Shown in pieces: positions 35,836 through 47,547 of a DNA stretch of 64,000 bases. The position numbers and the translations under genes were made by a program. Source of the stretch: Rhizomicrobium sp. (lineage in GTDB: Bacteria; Pseudomonadota; Alphaproteobacteria; Micropepsales; Micropepsaceae). Location of the stretch: contig DATCBQ010000126.1 of NCBI GenBank assembly GCA_036511745.1, positions 2,780 through 66,779 on the forward strand. The letters are read 5' to 3'. The number at the start of each line of letters is the position of its first letter. Position 1 is the stretch's first letter. Under the pieces are notes generated by a model, which had not been told where the DNA came from, ran no database searches, and saw only the letters and a program-made list of their open reading frames with translations.

Positions 35836-37875
35836 CTACGCGGCGGCTTTGCGGGTCGCGACCGCCTGCTCGGCGAGCCGACCAGTCAATTCGGCGAGAT
35901 GATCGAATTCCATCTCGAACGTACCGACTCCCTGGGTAAGAGAACGCAGCTCGATGATGAGGTTGTGAAGCTCCGACAGCGGCATTTGCGCCTCGACGGT
36001 GTCCCACCCGTTCCACCCCGATCGGGCGTCGAACCCCATCAACTGGCCGCGTCTTCCGCTCACCACCTGATTGGCCTTGGCAGTGGCATCGTTCGGTACG
36101 TGAATTTTCACCCGCATGATCGGTTCGAGCAGCACCGGTGCGCAATTGGGCATGCCTTCCGTCATGGCGATGCGGGCAGCGGTCTGAAACGCAGCATCCG
36201 ACGAATCCACGCTGTGATAGGAACCGTCGAACAGCGCAACGCCGACATCGACAACCGGAAAGCCCAGCGGGCCTTCCTTGAGGTATTCGATGATGCCCTT
36301 TTCGACCGACGGAATGAATTGCCTGGGCACAACGCCGCCCTTGACCTTGTCTTCGAACACAAACCCAGTGCCCCGCGGCAACGGCTTGATCTCGATGTGG
36401 ACATCGCCGAACTGACCGTGGCCGCCGGACTGCCGTTTGTGGCGCCCGTGCTGCTGCACATGCTTGCGTACGGTTTCCTTGTAGGGAATTTTCGGCTGGT
36501 GAGTGGTGAGCCTCAGCCCATTCTTGCTGGCGAGCTTCTCCGCAGCGACCTTCAGATGTATCTCGCCCTGCCCGGCAAGCGCCATTTCCTGCAATTCCGC
36601 ATTCTGGCGGAAATGCAGTGACGGGTCCTCTTCCTGCAGCTTGTGAATAGCCGCGGTGAGCTTCACCTCGTCCTTGCGGTCTGTCGTTTCAATCGCAAGT
36701 GCATATACGGGCTCAAGCTGCTCGATGACGATTTTCGGCAGCGCCTTCCCGACCGTCGACAGGGTTTCGCCGGTAGCGATCGCTTCCAGCCTGCCCAGCG
36801 CGACCGTATCTCCGGCCCTGGCTTCGCTCAATTTCGTCTGTGCATCACCCTTGAGGGCAAAGATTCCCGCTATGCGCGCGTCGCGCCCGTCGCGCGTGTG
36901 AAGCACCGCACCATCCTTGAGCGCGCCAGACAACACACGTGCCAGGGAAAGCTTTCCGTGCGTCCCGTTGTAGGTTTTCACGATCTGAACCACCGCCTCG
37001 CCATTGGCCGCGATACCGTGCCGCTTCGCGGCAATCGCTGCATCGGGGACTTCGTGGCGCAGGGCCTTCAGAAGTCTGCGGATGCCGTTGTCCTTCTCGG
37101 CAGACCCCATCAACGCCGGCACCGCGAGACCGTCCGCCAGCTCTTTCGAAAGATCGCCGAACACTTCGTCGCGCGGCGGCTCGACATCCGACAGCAGCTC
37201 TTCCATCAGATGTTCGTCGTAATCGGCCAGTTTTTCCAGCAATGAAAACCGTGCCTGTTTTTCTTCTTCCCTGATGTTGCCCGTCAGATCGACGATTTTG
37301 GATTCTTCGTGCTCGCGATAGACATAGGCGCGCTCGAGCGCGAGATCGACAAAACCGGTAACGGTTCCGTTCTCCCAGATCGGTATCTGGCGCATGAGCA
37401 ATGGCTTGTCGCTCGCTTCCTGCAGGCGTGCGAGCAGATCGCGCAGGGAACCGTGCGCCTTGTCGATCTTGTTGACGAACAGAAAATGTGGAATCGCGAG
37501 ATCGGCCAACCGCTTGAGGTACGGCTTCAGCATCTGCACCTTGGCCGCGTCGGGATCGCACACGACCACGGCTGCATCGACGCCGGGAAGAACATTGAGC
37601 GTTTCCTGCAGAAACTCGATCGATCCCGGGCAATCGAGAAACGTGAAAGTCTCGCCGAGATATTTCGTCGTCGCGCAGTTGACTTCGACGCTCATCTGGC
37701 GGGCGCGCGCTTCCGGCGAGGAATCGCCCACCGTATTGCGCTGCGGCACCGATCCCTTGCGTTGAATGGCACCGGTAATCGCCAGCATGCTTTCGAGCAG
37801 CGTTGTCTTGCCGCTGCCATAGGGTCCTACCAGGGCCACTGCACGTGGCCCGCTTCCTCCAGTTTTTTTCGACAT
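35836..37875 (-). CDS. elongation factor G paralogue (EF-G-like translational GTPase)
   Basis: 679 aa with G1 GPYGSGKTT, G3 DCPG, G4 NKID and EF-G domains II-V recognisable (e.g. GQGEIHLKVAAEKL). Switch I is divergent compared with canonical FusA. Confidence 0.85.
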   Translation of the reverse strand: MSKKTGGSGPRAVALVGPYGSGKTTLLESMLAITGAIQRKGSVPQRNTVGDSSPEARARQMSVEVNCATTKYLGETFTFLDCPGSIEFLQETLNVLPGVDAAVVVCDPDAAKVQMLKPYLKRLADLAIPHFLFVNKIDKAHGSLRDLLARLQEASDKPLLMRQIPIWENGTVTGFVDLALERAYVYREHEESKIVDLTGNIREEEKQARFSLLEKLADYDEHLMEELLSDVEPPRDEVFGDLSKELADGLAVPALMGSAEKDNGIRRLLKALRHEVPDAAIAAKRHGIAANGEAVVQIVKTYNGTHGKLSLARVLSGALKDGAVLHTRDGRDARIAGIFALKGDAQTKLSEARAGDTVALGRLEAIATGETLSTVGKALPKIVIEQLEPVYALAIETTDRKDEVKLTAAIHKLQEEDPSLHFRQNAELQEMALAGQGEIHLKVAAEKLASKNGLRLTTHQPKIPYKETVRKHVQQHGRHKRQSGGHGQFGDVHIEIKPLPRGTGFVFEDKVKGGVVPRQFIPSVEKGIIEYLKEGPLGFPVVDVGVALFDGSYHSVDSSDAAFQTAARIAMTEGMPNCAPVLLEPIMRVKIHVPNDATAKANQVVSGRRGQLMGFDARSGWNGWDTVEAQMPLSELHNLIIELRSLTQGVGTFEMEFDHLAELTGRLAEQAVATRKAAA

Positions 37876-38086
37876 GAGCGCCTCCGTTCCTTGCTGATCG
37901 GCAAGGTCGGGACGCGGCGGGCGTCACCCCCCTCACCCGAGGGTAGGCTCTCGTCACGCGCCCCGCTAAGAAAGCGATGCTCGCGCCGTTGCGCGGCGCT
38001 GGCAAGAGGGCAACGCCTCCTTCGTCGGAGGCGCCGCCGCACACGCTCAGGCAAAAAGCCCGGCGAGGACCCTGGCGGTGCTTGCG

Positions 38087-39409
<1,323 letters not shown>

Positions 39410-39547
39410 CTATGGCGACAGAATGCAGGAAATCCGGGGAATTTGGACGCATTCACGAGGAGCCGGGCCAACCGCCGTAACCCTTGCGCCGCATGGACCC
39501 CTGTGGCCCGGAGTGCGACAATCGGACCGTTCTGGAGGGAGCACCAG

Positions 39548-40123
39548 ATGAAAACCCGATATCCGGCGATGATCGCCATGACGGCCGCCGCCAGCCTGTC
39601 CATTATCCAGGCGGACGCCGCCGTGACCGTGCTTGGCAATGGCCTGGCTCGAAGCTGTTTTGAGCATGCCGAATTCGGCGGCAACGCCAAAGACGGTATC
39701 GATGCCTGCACGGGTGCCATCGAAGAGACGGCGATTCCGGTGCGAGACCTTGCGGCGACTTACATCAATCGCGGGATTCTAAAGTCGCGAACCGACAACA
39801 CGAACGGCGCGGTTGTGGACTACGACAAAGGCCTTTCGCTCGATGCTGCTCTTGGCGAAGGTTATGTCGACCGCGGGGCGGTCATGATTGTCTTAAGGCG
39901 ATATGAGGACGCGCTTGCCGACATCGACAAGGGCATCGCGCTGGGTTCCAACCGGCTGCAGATCGCCTATTACGACCGTGCCATCGTGCATGAAGCCCTG
40001 GGAAATATTCGCGACGCCTACGAAGACTACAGGAAAGCGGCGGAAATCCAGCCCGACTTTGCACTGGCGCTTCAGGAATTGGCCCGATTCCGGGTGGTCC
40101 GCAAGTCTTCCGACGGCACCTGA
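39548..40123 (+). CDS. secreted tetratricopeptide (TPR) repeat protein
   Basis: The ATG at 39548 follows GGAGGGA. Has a signal peptide (MIAMTAAASLSIIQADA) and TPR-like repeats (AYYDRAIVHEALGNIRDAYEDYRKAAEIQPDF). The 5' 1.4 kb of the track ORF is antisense to the aminotransferase gene. Confidence 0.75.
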   Translation: MKTRYPAMIAMTAAASLSIIQADAAVTVLGNGLARSCFEHAEFGGNAKDGIDACTGAIEETAIPVRDLAATYINRGILKSRTDNTNGAVVDYDKGLSLDAALGEGYVDRGAVMIVLRRYEDALADIDKGIALGSNRLQIAYYDRAIVHEALGNIRDAYEDYRKAAEIQPDFALALQELARFRVVRKSSDGT

Positions 40124-40519
40124 TCGGCCGCTCTCTTTCAGCTGCCGCGCCTGGCACTGCGCGTGTGCGCGCATCGTTCGCCGGCAAGACATTTGCCAAA
40201 GACATTTTGATACAAATTTGTCGTTTGCCCGAAGGTTGTCTTCGCATATTGCTTGGCACAATGAAGCGGCAAGCATCGCGATCATTTGTCGAAGCAACCG
40301 GCTTTCGATTCCCGGCGGTTCCAGAAGACGCGAACCGTCGGCGCTCCACCAAGGGTAAGGATCGTATTGTGGCCGGACAGGTTTGGACCCCGCACCGAGA
40401 CCTCCGTCCGCCTGTCCTCCCCGCCATGCACGCCCACGAATTGGCGGCGCGGCCTTGTTTTCCGCCCTTCGTAGTATAATTAGACTGGCTGCGGGGCGGA
40501 CCGGGATGCGGGTTTCAGA

Positions 40520-42007
40520 ATGACGGGTTTTCGATCGGCCTTGGCCGTTGCGTGCGTTTTCGTGACGGCAGGGTGCCAGACGCTGGTGCCGCAAGCGTTG
40601 CGACCGCGCGACGTCCCCAAATCGTTCACAGGACCGGTAACCGTCGGAGTCGATGTCTGGCCCAAGCTGGACTGGTGGCAGGGATTTGGCAGTACCGAGC
40701 TCGACGGACTGATAACGACGGCGCAAAAAGACAATCTCGATCTTGCCGTCGCCGTTGCGAGCGTGCTGCAGGCCGAAGCCCAAACCGACATTGCCCGCTC
40801 GGCCCTGTTCCCCCTGGTCGATCTCGACGGAACCGCGCAGCGCGCCCGCACCGGTTCGGGCGGGGTGACCGCTCCCGGTATCGGTCCGGTTACGGGAAAC
40901 AATTTCGGTCTTTCGCTCAATGCGAGTTACGCGCTCGATTTTTGGGGACTGGCCCAGGACAATCTGCGGGCCGCGGATGAAGCGCTGAAATCCTCCCGCT
41001 TCGCGCAGGAGAACGTTACGCTGACGATCACGGCCGACGTGGCCAACACATATCTCGACATTCTGGCGCTGCGCGAGGAAATCGCGGTCACCGAAAAGAA
41101 CATCCAGGACGCCAATCGCGTTCTCACAATCACCGAGGCAAAGGTCAAAAACGGCGTTTCTTCCAATCTGGACATGGCACAGGAGCAGGCGGTTGTCGCC
41201 GGGCAGGAAGCGCTGCTACCGCCGCTGAAGGAACAGGAAAACGAAGCGACGTTCGCGCTCGCCATTCTTCTCGGTCTGGCGCCCGAAGGTTTCGATGTGG
41301 CAGCGAAAAACCTTCAGGGAGTCCTAGTCCCTGCGGTCGCGCCCGGAATTCCTTCCGCTGTCCTTGAGCGCCGCCCGGACGTGGCGGAAGCGGAAGCCAA
41401 TCTCGCCAGCGCCCATGCCAATGTCGATGCCGCGCGCGCCGCGTTCTTCCCCCAAATATCCCTCACCGGCGCCGGTGGAACGGCAAGCACGATGATCGGT
41501 ACGCTATTTCACGCGTCGACCCTGGAATGGAGCGCGGGCGCCAGCCTTCTGCAAACAGTGTTCGATGGCGGAAGACTGATCGGCGAAAGCGAGTTGGCCA
41601 AAGCACAGCAGAAAGGCCTTATCTCCACCTATCGCAAGACGGTGCTGACGGCGTTCTCCAATGTGGAGTCGTCGCTGGGCCAGGTGTCGAATTTCGAACT
41701 GGAACAGGAGGCATTGGAGCGCGAGGTAAAAGCTTCCACCGAATCCGTCCGGCTTTCCGAGCTTCAATACCGCGAAGGGATCATCGAACTTCTGACTCTG
41801 CTGCAGGCCCAGCAGACCCTCTTCACGGCCCAGGACCAGCTCATCCAGGTACAGCTTTCGCGCCTGCAGGCCGACGTCAATCTTTATATGGCTCTCGGCG
41901 GCGGCTGGAAGGAAAGCGCCGACGACAAAACACAGATTATCCCGGTAGCCCAGCCGGTTGCGGCGCCTGCGATCCCTCCGGCCCAAGCCGCTCCAGGCGG
42001 GTCTTGA
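40520..42007 (+). CDS. efflux transporter outer-membrane factor lipoprotein, NodT/OprM family
   Basis: Lipobox VTAGCQT and two OEP repeats (e.g. PSAVLERRPDVAEAEANLASAHANVDAARAAFFPQISLTG). Confidence 0.9.
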   Translation: MTGFRSALAVACVFVTAGCQTLVPQALRPRDVPKSFTGPVTVGVDVWPKLDWWQGFGSTELDGLITTAQKDNLDLAVAVASVLQAEAQTDIARSALFPLVDLDGTAQRARTGSGGVTAPGIGPVTGNNFGLSLNASYALDFWGLAQDNLRAADEALKSSRFAQENVTLTITADVANTYLDILALREEIAVTEKNIQDANRVLTITEAKVKNGVSSNLDMAQEQAVVAGQEALLPPLKEQENEATFALAILLGLAPEGFDVAAKNLQGVLVPAVAPGIPSAVLERRPDVAEAEANLASAHANVDAARAAFFPQISLTGAGGTASTMIGTLFHASTLEWSAGASLLQTVFDGGRLIGESELAKAQQKGLISTYRKTVLTAFSNVESSLGQVSNFELEQEALEREVKASTESVRLSELQYREGIIELLTLLQAQQTLFTAQDQLIQVQLSRLQADVNLYMALGGGWKESADDKTQIIPVAQPVAAPAIPPAQAAPGGS

Positions 42008-42011
42008 CGCC

Positions 42012-43004
42012 TCAGTTGTGCCCGAGCACGCGGTGCGGTTTGTAGGGCGCATTCAGCGCCTTCAGCTCCGCTTCTTCCAGCGTCAGCGCCGCAGCAGCCA
42101 CGGCATCGCCGATATGATGCGGCTTTGAAGCGCCGATGATGGGCGCGGTAACACCCTTTCTGCTCAACAGCCACGCCAAGGCAACCTGCGCATTGGACAC
42201 ACCGCGATTCTGTGCGATCTCCGTCACCTTGTCCACGACTGCGAAATCGCTGTCCTGATAATACATCGTGTGCGCGAAGTCGTCGCTCCTTGCGCGTGTC
42301 GTCTCGCCCCTGTCCTGGGATCGCCGATTGCCGGCGAGGAAACCGCGAGCGAGCGGGCTCCACGGAATGACGCCGATTCCTTCCGCGCGGCAAAGCGGAA
42401 TCATCTCGCGCTCCTCTTCGCGATAGACGAGGTTGTAGTGATTTTGCATCGAGACGAACCGCGTCCTGCCGAGCGCATCGGCGCGGTGCAGATATTTTGC
42501 GAACTGCCAAGCGTACATCGAGGAGGCGCCCACATAAAGCGCCTTTCCGGCCTTCACCACGTCATCGAGCGCGCCGATGGTTTCGTCTATCGGCGTCGAG
42601 GGATCGAAGCGGTGGATTTGATAGAGATCGACATACTCCATTCCCAGGCGCTTCAGGCTCGCGTCGATCGCATGCATGATGTGCTTGCGAGACAGGCCGG
42701 CTTCGTTTGGCGTGCCGCCCATCGGACTGAACACCTTGGTCGCGACAACCAGCTGCTCGCGCGGCGGCCCGATATCCCTGAGTGCGCGACCCAGCACTTC
42801 TTCGCTCGCGCCGAGCGAATACATATCCGCCGTATCGAAGAAATTGATGCCGGCATCCAGCGCCTGCTTGATGAAGGGCCGGCTTGCCTCTTCGTCGAGC
42901 ACCCAGTCGCGCCATTTGGGCGAACCGTAGGTCATGCAACCCAGACAGATGCGGGAGACCCTGAGACCCGTGGCGCCGAGCTTCACCATTTCCATAGCCG
43001 TCAT
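42012..43004 (-). CDS. aldo/keto reductase
   Basis: Contains LGATGLRVSRICLGCMTYG, INFFDTADMYS and the AKR C-terminal blocks. Confidence 0.9.
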   Translation of the reverse strand: MTAMEMVKLGATGLRVSRICLGCMTYGSPKWRDWVLDEEASRPFIKQALDAGINFFDTADMYSLGASEEVLGRALRDIGPPREQLVVATKVFSPMGGTPNEAGLSRKHIMHAIDASLKRLGMEYVDLYQIHRFDPSTPIDETIGALDDVVKAGKALYVGASSMYAWQFAKYLHRADALGRTRFVSMQNHYNLVYREEEREMIPLCRAEGIGVIPWSPLARGFLAGNRRSQDRGETTRARSDDFAHTMYYQDSDFAVVDKVTEIAQNRGVSNAQVALAWLLSRKGVTAPIIGASKPHHIGDAVAAAALTLEEAELKALNAPYKPHRVLGHN

Positions 43005-43070
43005 CCTGTCAGTTACGCCTCATATAGTGCGCCGACGCATGTCTCGGCCAGCGTTTTACGGCCGCACACC

Positions 43071-45164
43071 CTATTGGGCGTAGGTGACGGAGATTTCAAA
43101 GGTTCGGGGAGCACCCAGTGAAATCACCGGGCTTCCATTTGCCTCGAAAGAGGTCTCGCCGGTGTTGACCGCCGCATTGGCGACGTTGTCGATTTCTCCC
43201 ACGAGGGACATGTTCTCTCGGAAATGCCATTCGGCCCTGAGATCGCCGACAAGAGCGGATCCAAGCCTGTACTGGTTGAGATCGTCCTCGAACTGCGCCC
43301 CGATCCAGCGCAAGTCGCCGCCAAACTGCCATTCCGGCCAGGGCGTCCAGGTCACACCGGCGGTTGTCACGATGCGCGGCGACTGCGCCGGCCGCTTTCC
43401 CGACAGATCGCGCGCATTGTCCTGAAAGCGGGCATCCGTGAGCGAGAATGCCCCGCGGATGGCGAGCGTTTCGGTCAATGCCGCCGATGCTTCGCCTTCC
43501 GCGCCCAGCGCATTCACGTCGCCGGCATTTTGGCGCTGATACAGAATTCCGCACGGATCGGGTCCGCAATACACTTTGCCAATTGTGACGTTGCCGACGG
43601 CGTTATGGAGCTGATTGAAAAAACCGGTGACATCCCAGGTCAGCCGTTCGACAGCGCCGCCCCAGCCCACTTCGGCGCCATAGAGCTCCTCCGGCGAAAG
43701 GCCGGCGTTGGCTTCGGTTTCGTTATCGCCGACACGAAAGGGACGATACAGTTCGTTCAGGCTTGGCGCGCGGAAGCCGGCGTAAACCGACGTTCGAAGA
43801 AATTCGCCATCTGAAAAATTATGCCGCGCGCCGAGCCTGGCAGTCGGCACGACACCATCGCGAGCGGAGTACCGATCGCTCGTGGTTATGGCGCCGGTTG
43901 CCAGTGTGTATTGCAGCAGATGTCCCTGCGCGCTCCCCCAATAATCGCCCCGCACACCGGCGGTGAGAAGCCAATCCTGCAGGTCAAGCGCGCCTTCACC
44001 ATACAACCCTGCGACGAGCATCTGGCCGCCGGATTTTCGGCCCGATTGGAAGGCATCGCCGGTGAACTGATAGAATTCGTCGGATTCGCCGCTGTCGTGG
44101 CGCAGATCGGTGCCGGCTTCCCAGTGGAAGTTGCCGGCCGATCCGACCAGCGCCGCATTCAAGCCGAGGCCCAATGCCGGCGTCGCATATTGATCGTTTG
44201 CGGGCGTGGTCGCGCTGCGGTCGGCGGGAACGGAAACCGATGTGTTGGCCAGATTGCTGTTGAAGAACCAGCCTTGCAAACGCCAGCCGAGATCGTCGGC
44301 CGCAGCGGCATCGGCGAATGTGAGGCTCCCCAGAAGTCCGTGGGTCCTGGCCTCGGCCCCTTCCAGCCCTGCTCCTTGGGCCTGATCGTAGTATTCGAGG
44401 CGAGCCGATGTGAGAACGCCGTCGATCTGCGTCTGGCCGCGAAGCGACACCGATCCCGAATCGAGCCAAACGTGATTGTCCGCCGGGCCGCGTTGCTGAG
44501 CGCCCACCGGAATCCAGCCATTGGACTGCTCGCCGGCCGCACTTGCGAAGAAATCGATACCCTCGAGATTCGTCCCGCCGGAGGCTCCGGCGCGATACGT
44601 TGCGAGGCTTCCTGCTGACATATCGGCTTGCGACACACCATCGATGTCGCTTCGTTCGTCAAGCGCGATGGTTCCCGTCAGCGCACCTGCCCCATAAGGA
44701 CCTGCGCCTGCACCGCGAACAATTTCGGCGCCTTCGATGTCTTCATACGGAAGAGCACCCCAAACCACCCAGTTGCCGAAAGGGTCATTCATCGGGATGC
44801 CATCCAGCAAGACGAGCGCCCGGCCGGCACCCGACGGCGCAATATCGCGCAGCGATACGCCCTGAATTGTCGGATTGGCGCTCAGGCTCGTGGCGCGGCG
44901 AAAGAGCGAAAGACCCGGCACCTGTTCCAGGGCCGCATCCAGCCGATCCGCTTGCGAAAGCTGGATTTGATCGAGATCGACCGTGGAGAAAACGGCATCG
45001 CCCACCGGTTGCGGAGGACGCGTGCCGGTCACGGAAATCGTTTCGACTTCGTCCGCCGCCACGGGATTTGCAAGAGTCAGCATGACCGCCGAAACCATAA
45101 GCCCCAGAAAACCGCCGCGATTCAGCAGACCACCGTATGCATGCCATTTCCGAATCGAACCCAT
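43071..45164 (-). CDS. TonB-dependent outer-membrane receptor
   Basis: Signal peptide, a TonB-box/plug region (DEVETISVTGTR, VPGLSLFRR, IEGAEIVRGAG) and a beta-barrel ending in a C-terminal aromatic region (FEISVTYAQ). The ATG at 45162-45164 follows GGGAGGGGG. Confidence 0.85.
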   Translation of the reverse strand: MGSIRKWHAYGGLLNRGGFLGLMVSAVMLTLANPVAADEVETISVTGTRPPQPVGDAVFSTVDLDQIQLSQADRLDAALEQVPGLSLFRRATSLSANPTIQGVSLRDIAPSGAGRALVLLDGIPMNDPFGNWVVWGALPYEDIEGAEIVRGAGAGPYGAGALTGTIALDERSDIDGVSQADMSAGSLATYRAGASGGTNLEGIDFFASAAGEQSNGWIPVGAQQRGPADNHVWLDSGSVSLRGQTQIDGVLTSARLEYYDQAQGAGLEGAEARTHGLLGSLTFADAAAADDLGWRLQGWFFNSNLANTSVSVPADRSATTPANDQYATPALGLGLNAALVGSAGNFHWEAGTDLRHDSGESDEFYQFTGDAFQSGRKSGGQMLVAGLYGEGALDLQDWLLTAGVRGDYWGSAQGHLLQYTLATGAITTSDRYSARDGVVPTARLGARHNFSDGEFLRTSVYAGFRAPSLNELYRPFRVGDNETEANAGLSPEELYGAEVGWGGAVERLTWDVTGFFNQLHNAVGNVTIGKVYCGPDPCGILYQRQNAGDVNALGAEGEASAALTETLAIRGAFSLTDARFQDNARDLSGKRPAQSPRIVTTAGVTWTPWPEWQFGGDLRWIGAQFEDDLNQYRLGSALVGDLRAEWHFRENMSLVGEIDNVANAAVNTGETSFEANGSPVISLGAPRTFEISVTYAQ

Positions 45165-45427
45165 GGAGCCCCCTCCCCGACAGGCGAGCGAAAGCCCGGC
45201 CTGGACACCACAAACATCGGTACCAAATTGTGCGGCGCCCGCAAGGCCATGGACTTGAATAAAGCTCCACCGTCTGCAGGCACCAATCACGGGCGCATGG
45301 TTGCCATGCTCGCGACCCGCTAAGGTCGCTGCGGCGTCTGTCCTTCCAGCCCCGTCGCAGGGCTTCACCGCGCGTGCCGGCGCTGCTATGTGCCGGTCCG
45401 TCGATACTTGCGCCGTGAGCTCACGCG

Positions 45428-46459
45428 ATGAAAATTGTCCACGTCTCCAACTTCACGACGAAACGCAACGGCGACAATTTCTATGGTGTGGAGTACAAGC
45501 TCAATAACGGACTTACACGACTTGGTCACAATGTTTTCAGCGTCTGCGACCGGGACATCGCGGCGAATTATCTCTTCGGTATTCGGGAAGCGGGCAAGCG
45601 TTCTGCAAATAGGAAACTGCGGCTCGTGTGCGAAACGCTGCGACCCGAATTTCTGCTTTTGGGCCACGCATCGCTGATCGAGCCTGAAACCGTCAAAGCC
45701 GTGCGGCATGCATGCCCGGGTATCCGCATCGCGCATTGGAGCTGCGATTCGCTGTCGTTTGACCCGCGAAACATGCGGTTGCTAAAATTGCTTTCCAGCC
45801 TCGTTGACACAACGTTTGTTACGACTGCGGGCGAAACGCGGGCGGAGGTTGCGTCGGGCGGCGGCCGCGTCGCCTACATGCCCAATCCCGTAGACAGTTC
45901 GATCGAAACGGGACGGGCGTTTGACGCAGCCGATCTCGAAAACGACCTGATATTCGTCGGAAAACCGGATGCCGAGCGACTCGCCATTTGCAAACGCATT
46001 CGATCGCAGATTCCCCGATTGAAGTTCGATATCCGAGGGATGATGGGGTTCCCGGCGGTGCATGGGGCCGAACTCATATCCCTGCTCGGCTGTTCGCGAA
46101 TGGGGCTGGCCCTGAGCAGGCCCAACGATGCCTTGCTCTATTCGTCGGATCGTATGGCCCAGCTCATGGGAAACGGTGTCCTGACCTTCGTCGATGCAAG
46201 GGCCGGCTTCGACAGGCTTTTCAAAGGCGACGAGCTCGTCTGCTACGAGGATGGCGATGCTTTGATCGCAAAGCTGCGACATTTCATGACTCATGATGAC
46301 GAACGCCGCGCTACCGCGCATCGCGGCTGGCAAAGGGCGCATGCAAGCTTCTCCGGAACACTGGTCGCAAAGTGGATCGTTGAATCGACGTTCGGACTTC
46401 CACCATCGCAAAACTATGCGTGGCCGATGGAAGTCTATGGCGGAAGCTTATCTCGATGA
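45428..46459 (+). CDS. glycosyltransferase-like protein (CgeB / Glyco_trans_1_2-like)
   Basis: 343 aa with a GT-B-like C-terminal half (IFVGKP..., LYSSDRMAQLMGNGVLTFV, DGDALIAKLRHFMTHDDERRATAHRG). Assignment is by resemblance only. Confidence 0.5.
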   Translation: MKIVHVSNFTTKRNGDNFYGVEYKLNNGLTRLGHNVFSVCDRDIAANYLFGIREAGKRSANRKLRLVCETLRPEFLLLGHASLIEPETVKAVRHACPGIRIAHWSCDSLSFDPRNMRLLKLLSSLVDTTFVTTAGETRAEVASGGGRVAYMPNPVDSSIETGRAFDAADLENDLIFVGKPDAERLAICKRIRSQIPRLKFDIRGMMGFPAVHGAELISLLGCSRMGLALSRPNDALLYSSDRMAQLMGNGVLTFVDARAGFDRLFKGDELVCYEDGDALIAKLRHFMTHDDERRATAHRGWQRAHASFSGTLVAKWIVESTFGLPPSQNYAWPMEVYGGSLSR

Positions 46460-46498
46460 CTGTCCGCACGCGCACGCAGATTCGTCGCTCTGCGGGAT

Positions 46499-47317
46499 TC
46501 AGCGAAATCGCTGTCTGGCGAATTCCCACAATTCCAGGTCCAGCCTTACCCGGGCCAGAAGCAGGTCGCGGATGGCGTCGCTAACCTCGGGCGATTCCTT
46601 GGTGATGTTTGCCTGGCGCGTCACATTGTAGCGCGGGGTAATGCCGGCACGGGGTAACCGGGCCCGATCGACAAGGCGGGAAAAGTCTTCGTCGTAGCGA
46701 TCGGTGAATCCGACGAAATCCAGGCTGGACAGATGCGCCTTGGCATGATCGAGCATCTGCGATGCCGGATAGGCCTCGTCGGGATATTCCTCGAGTCTGC
46801 CCGCGAATTGCCGCACCATGAAATTGTCGAGCCCATAGCGAAATCTCGGATGCGTGCAGGCGGCATATTCGGCCAACGACATGCCGGCGATTCCGGGAAA
46901 GTGCTTCTCGGCGTGTGCCGGCCTTTTGATGACCTTGAGAAAAGAATAATTCGAGAGCAGCCGATCGAGCGGGTCTCGCAGGAATGTAAAGGCGAAGACG
47001 TTTCGACCATTGCGGATCTCGTCGAATGTCTGCCACGACATGTGTCCAAACACGAATTCTGCCTTGCGCGCACGTCTGATGTCCACCTCGCGCCCAAGGC
47101 GGGTCTCGTTGTCGTGAACCATATAATAACCCCGCGGCCTTCTGGTCCCGACACAGGCCTGTACATAGTTTATGGTCGAGTTGCCGGCAGTTTTCGGCAC
47201 ATGAATAAAGACGATGGGCCGGCTCCTCTTGCCGGCGAAGAAGTGCCCGAGCGATCGCGACGAGTGGCGAAGGCGAAGCGAAATGCGGTCGAACGACGAT
47301 ATCCGGCCCTCCTTCAT
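46499..47317 (-). CDS. sulfotransferase family protein (Sulfotransfer_2/3-like)
   Basis: The PAPS-binding 5'-PSB-like motif IVFIHVPKTAGNSTINYV sits near the N-terminus, and a later RDPLDRLLSNY block resembles the 3'-PB region. Confidence 0.7.
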   Translation of the reverse strand: MKEGRISSFDRISLRLRHSSRSLGHFFAGKRSRPIVFIHVPKTAGNSTINYVQACVGTRRPRGYYMVHDNETRLGREVDIRRARKAEFVFGHMSWQTFDEIRNGRNVFAFTFLRDPLDRLLSNYSFLKVIKRPAHAEKHFPGIAGMSLAEYAACTHPRFRYGLDNFMVRQFAGRLEEYPDEAYPASQMLDHAKAHLSSLDFVGFTDRYDEDFSRLVDRARLPRAGITPRYNVTRQANITKESPEVSDAIRDLLLARVRLDLELWEFARQRFR

Positions 47318-47492
47318 CCTTCACGTCCTGTGCACCGCGGCGATCGTCTCGTCATAAAAATTGTGGCCTTCGCGTGTGCCGGGGCGGATCGTTGTCCCTG
47401 TCGCCATGGCGGAGGGAGGCGGTGACGTGTATGCCATTGCATTGGCCGATCCACAACGCATCAACCACCTTGGCGCCAGGGGAGACTTCAGC

Positions 47493-47522
47493 TTGACAAC
47501 CGCACTTTCCGACTGGCTATAA
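47493..47522 (+). promoter_or_regulatory. putative sigma-70 promoter of the six-gene sugar operon
   Basis: TTGACA (47493-47498), an 18-nt spacer, then CTATAA (47517-47522), 26 nt upstream of the GT2 ATG. Confidence 0.3.
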
Positions 47523-47547
47523 GGAACTCAAGGCTTGTACAGCCCGA

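Noticed and set aside
40165-40479. 104-aa ORF in the NodT leader
   Set aside because: It has low third-position G/C content compared with real genes here, no RBS and no family resemblance.
45165-45427. Cobalamin/TPP riboswitch or Fur/Irr box upstream of the TonB-dependent receptor
   Set aside because: No B12-box (GCCACTG-like), no TPP CTGAGA/ACCTGA core, and no Fur- or ICE-like palindrome was visible by eye.
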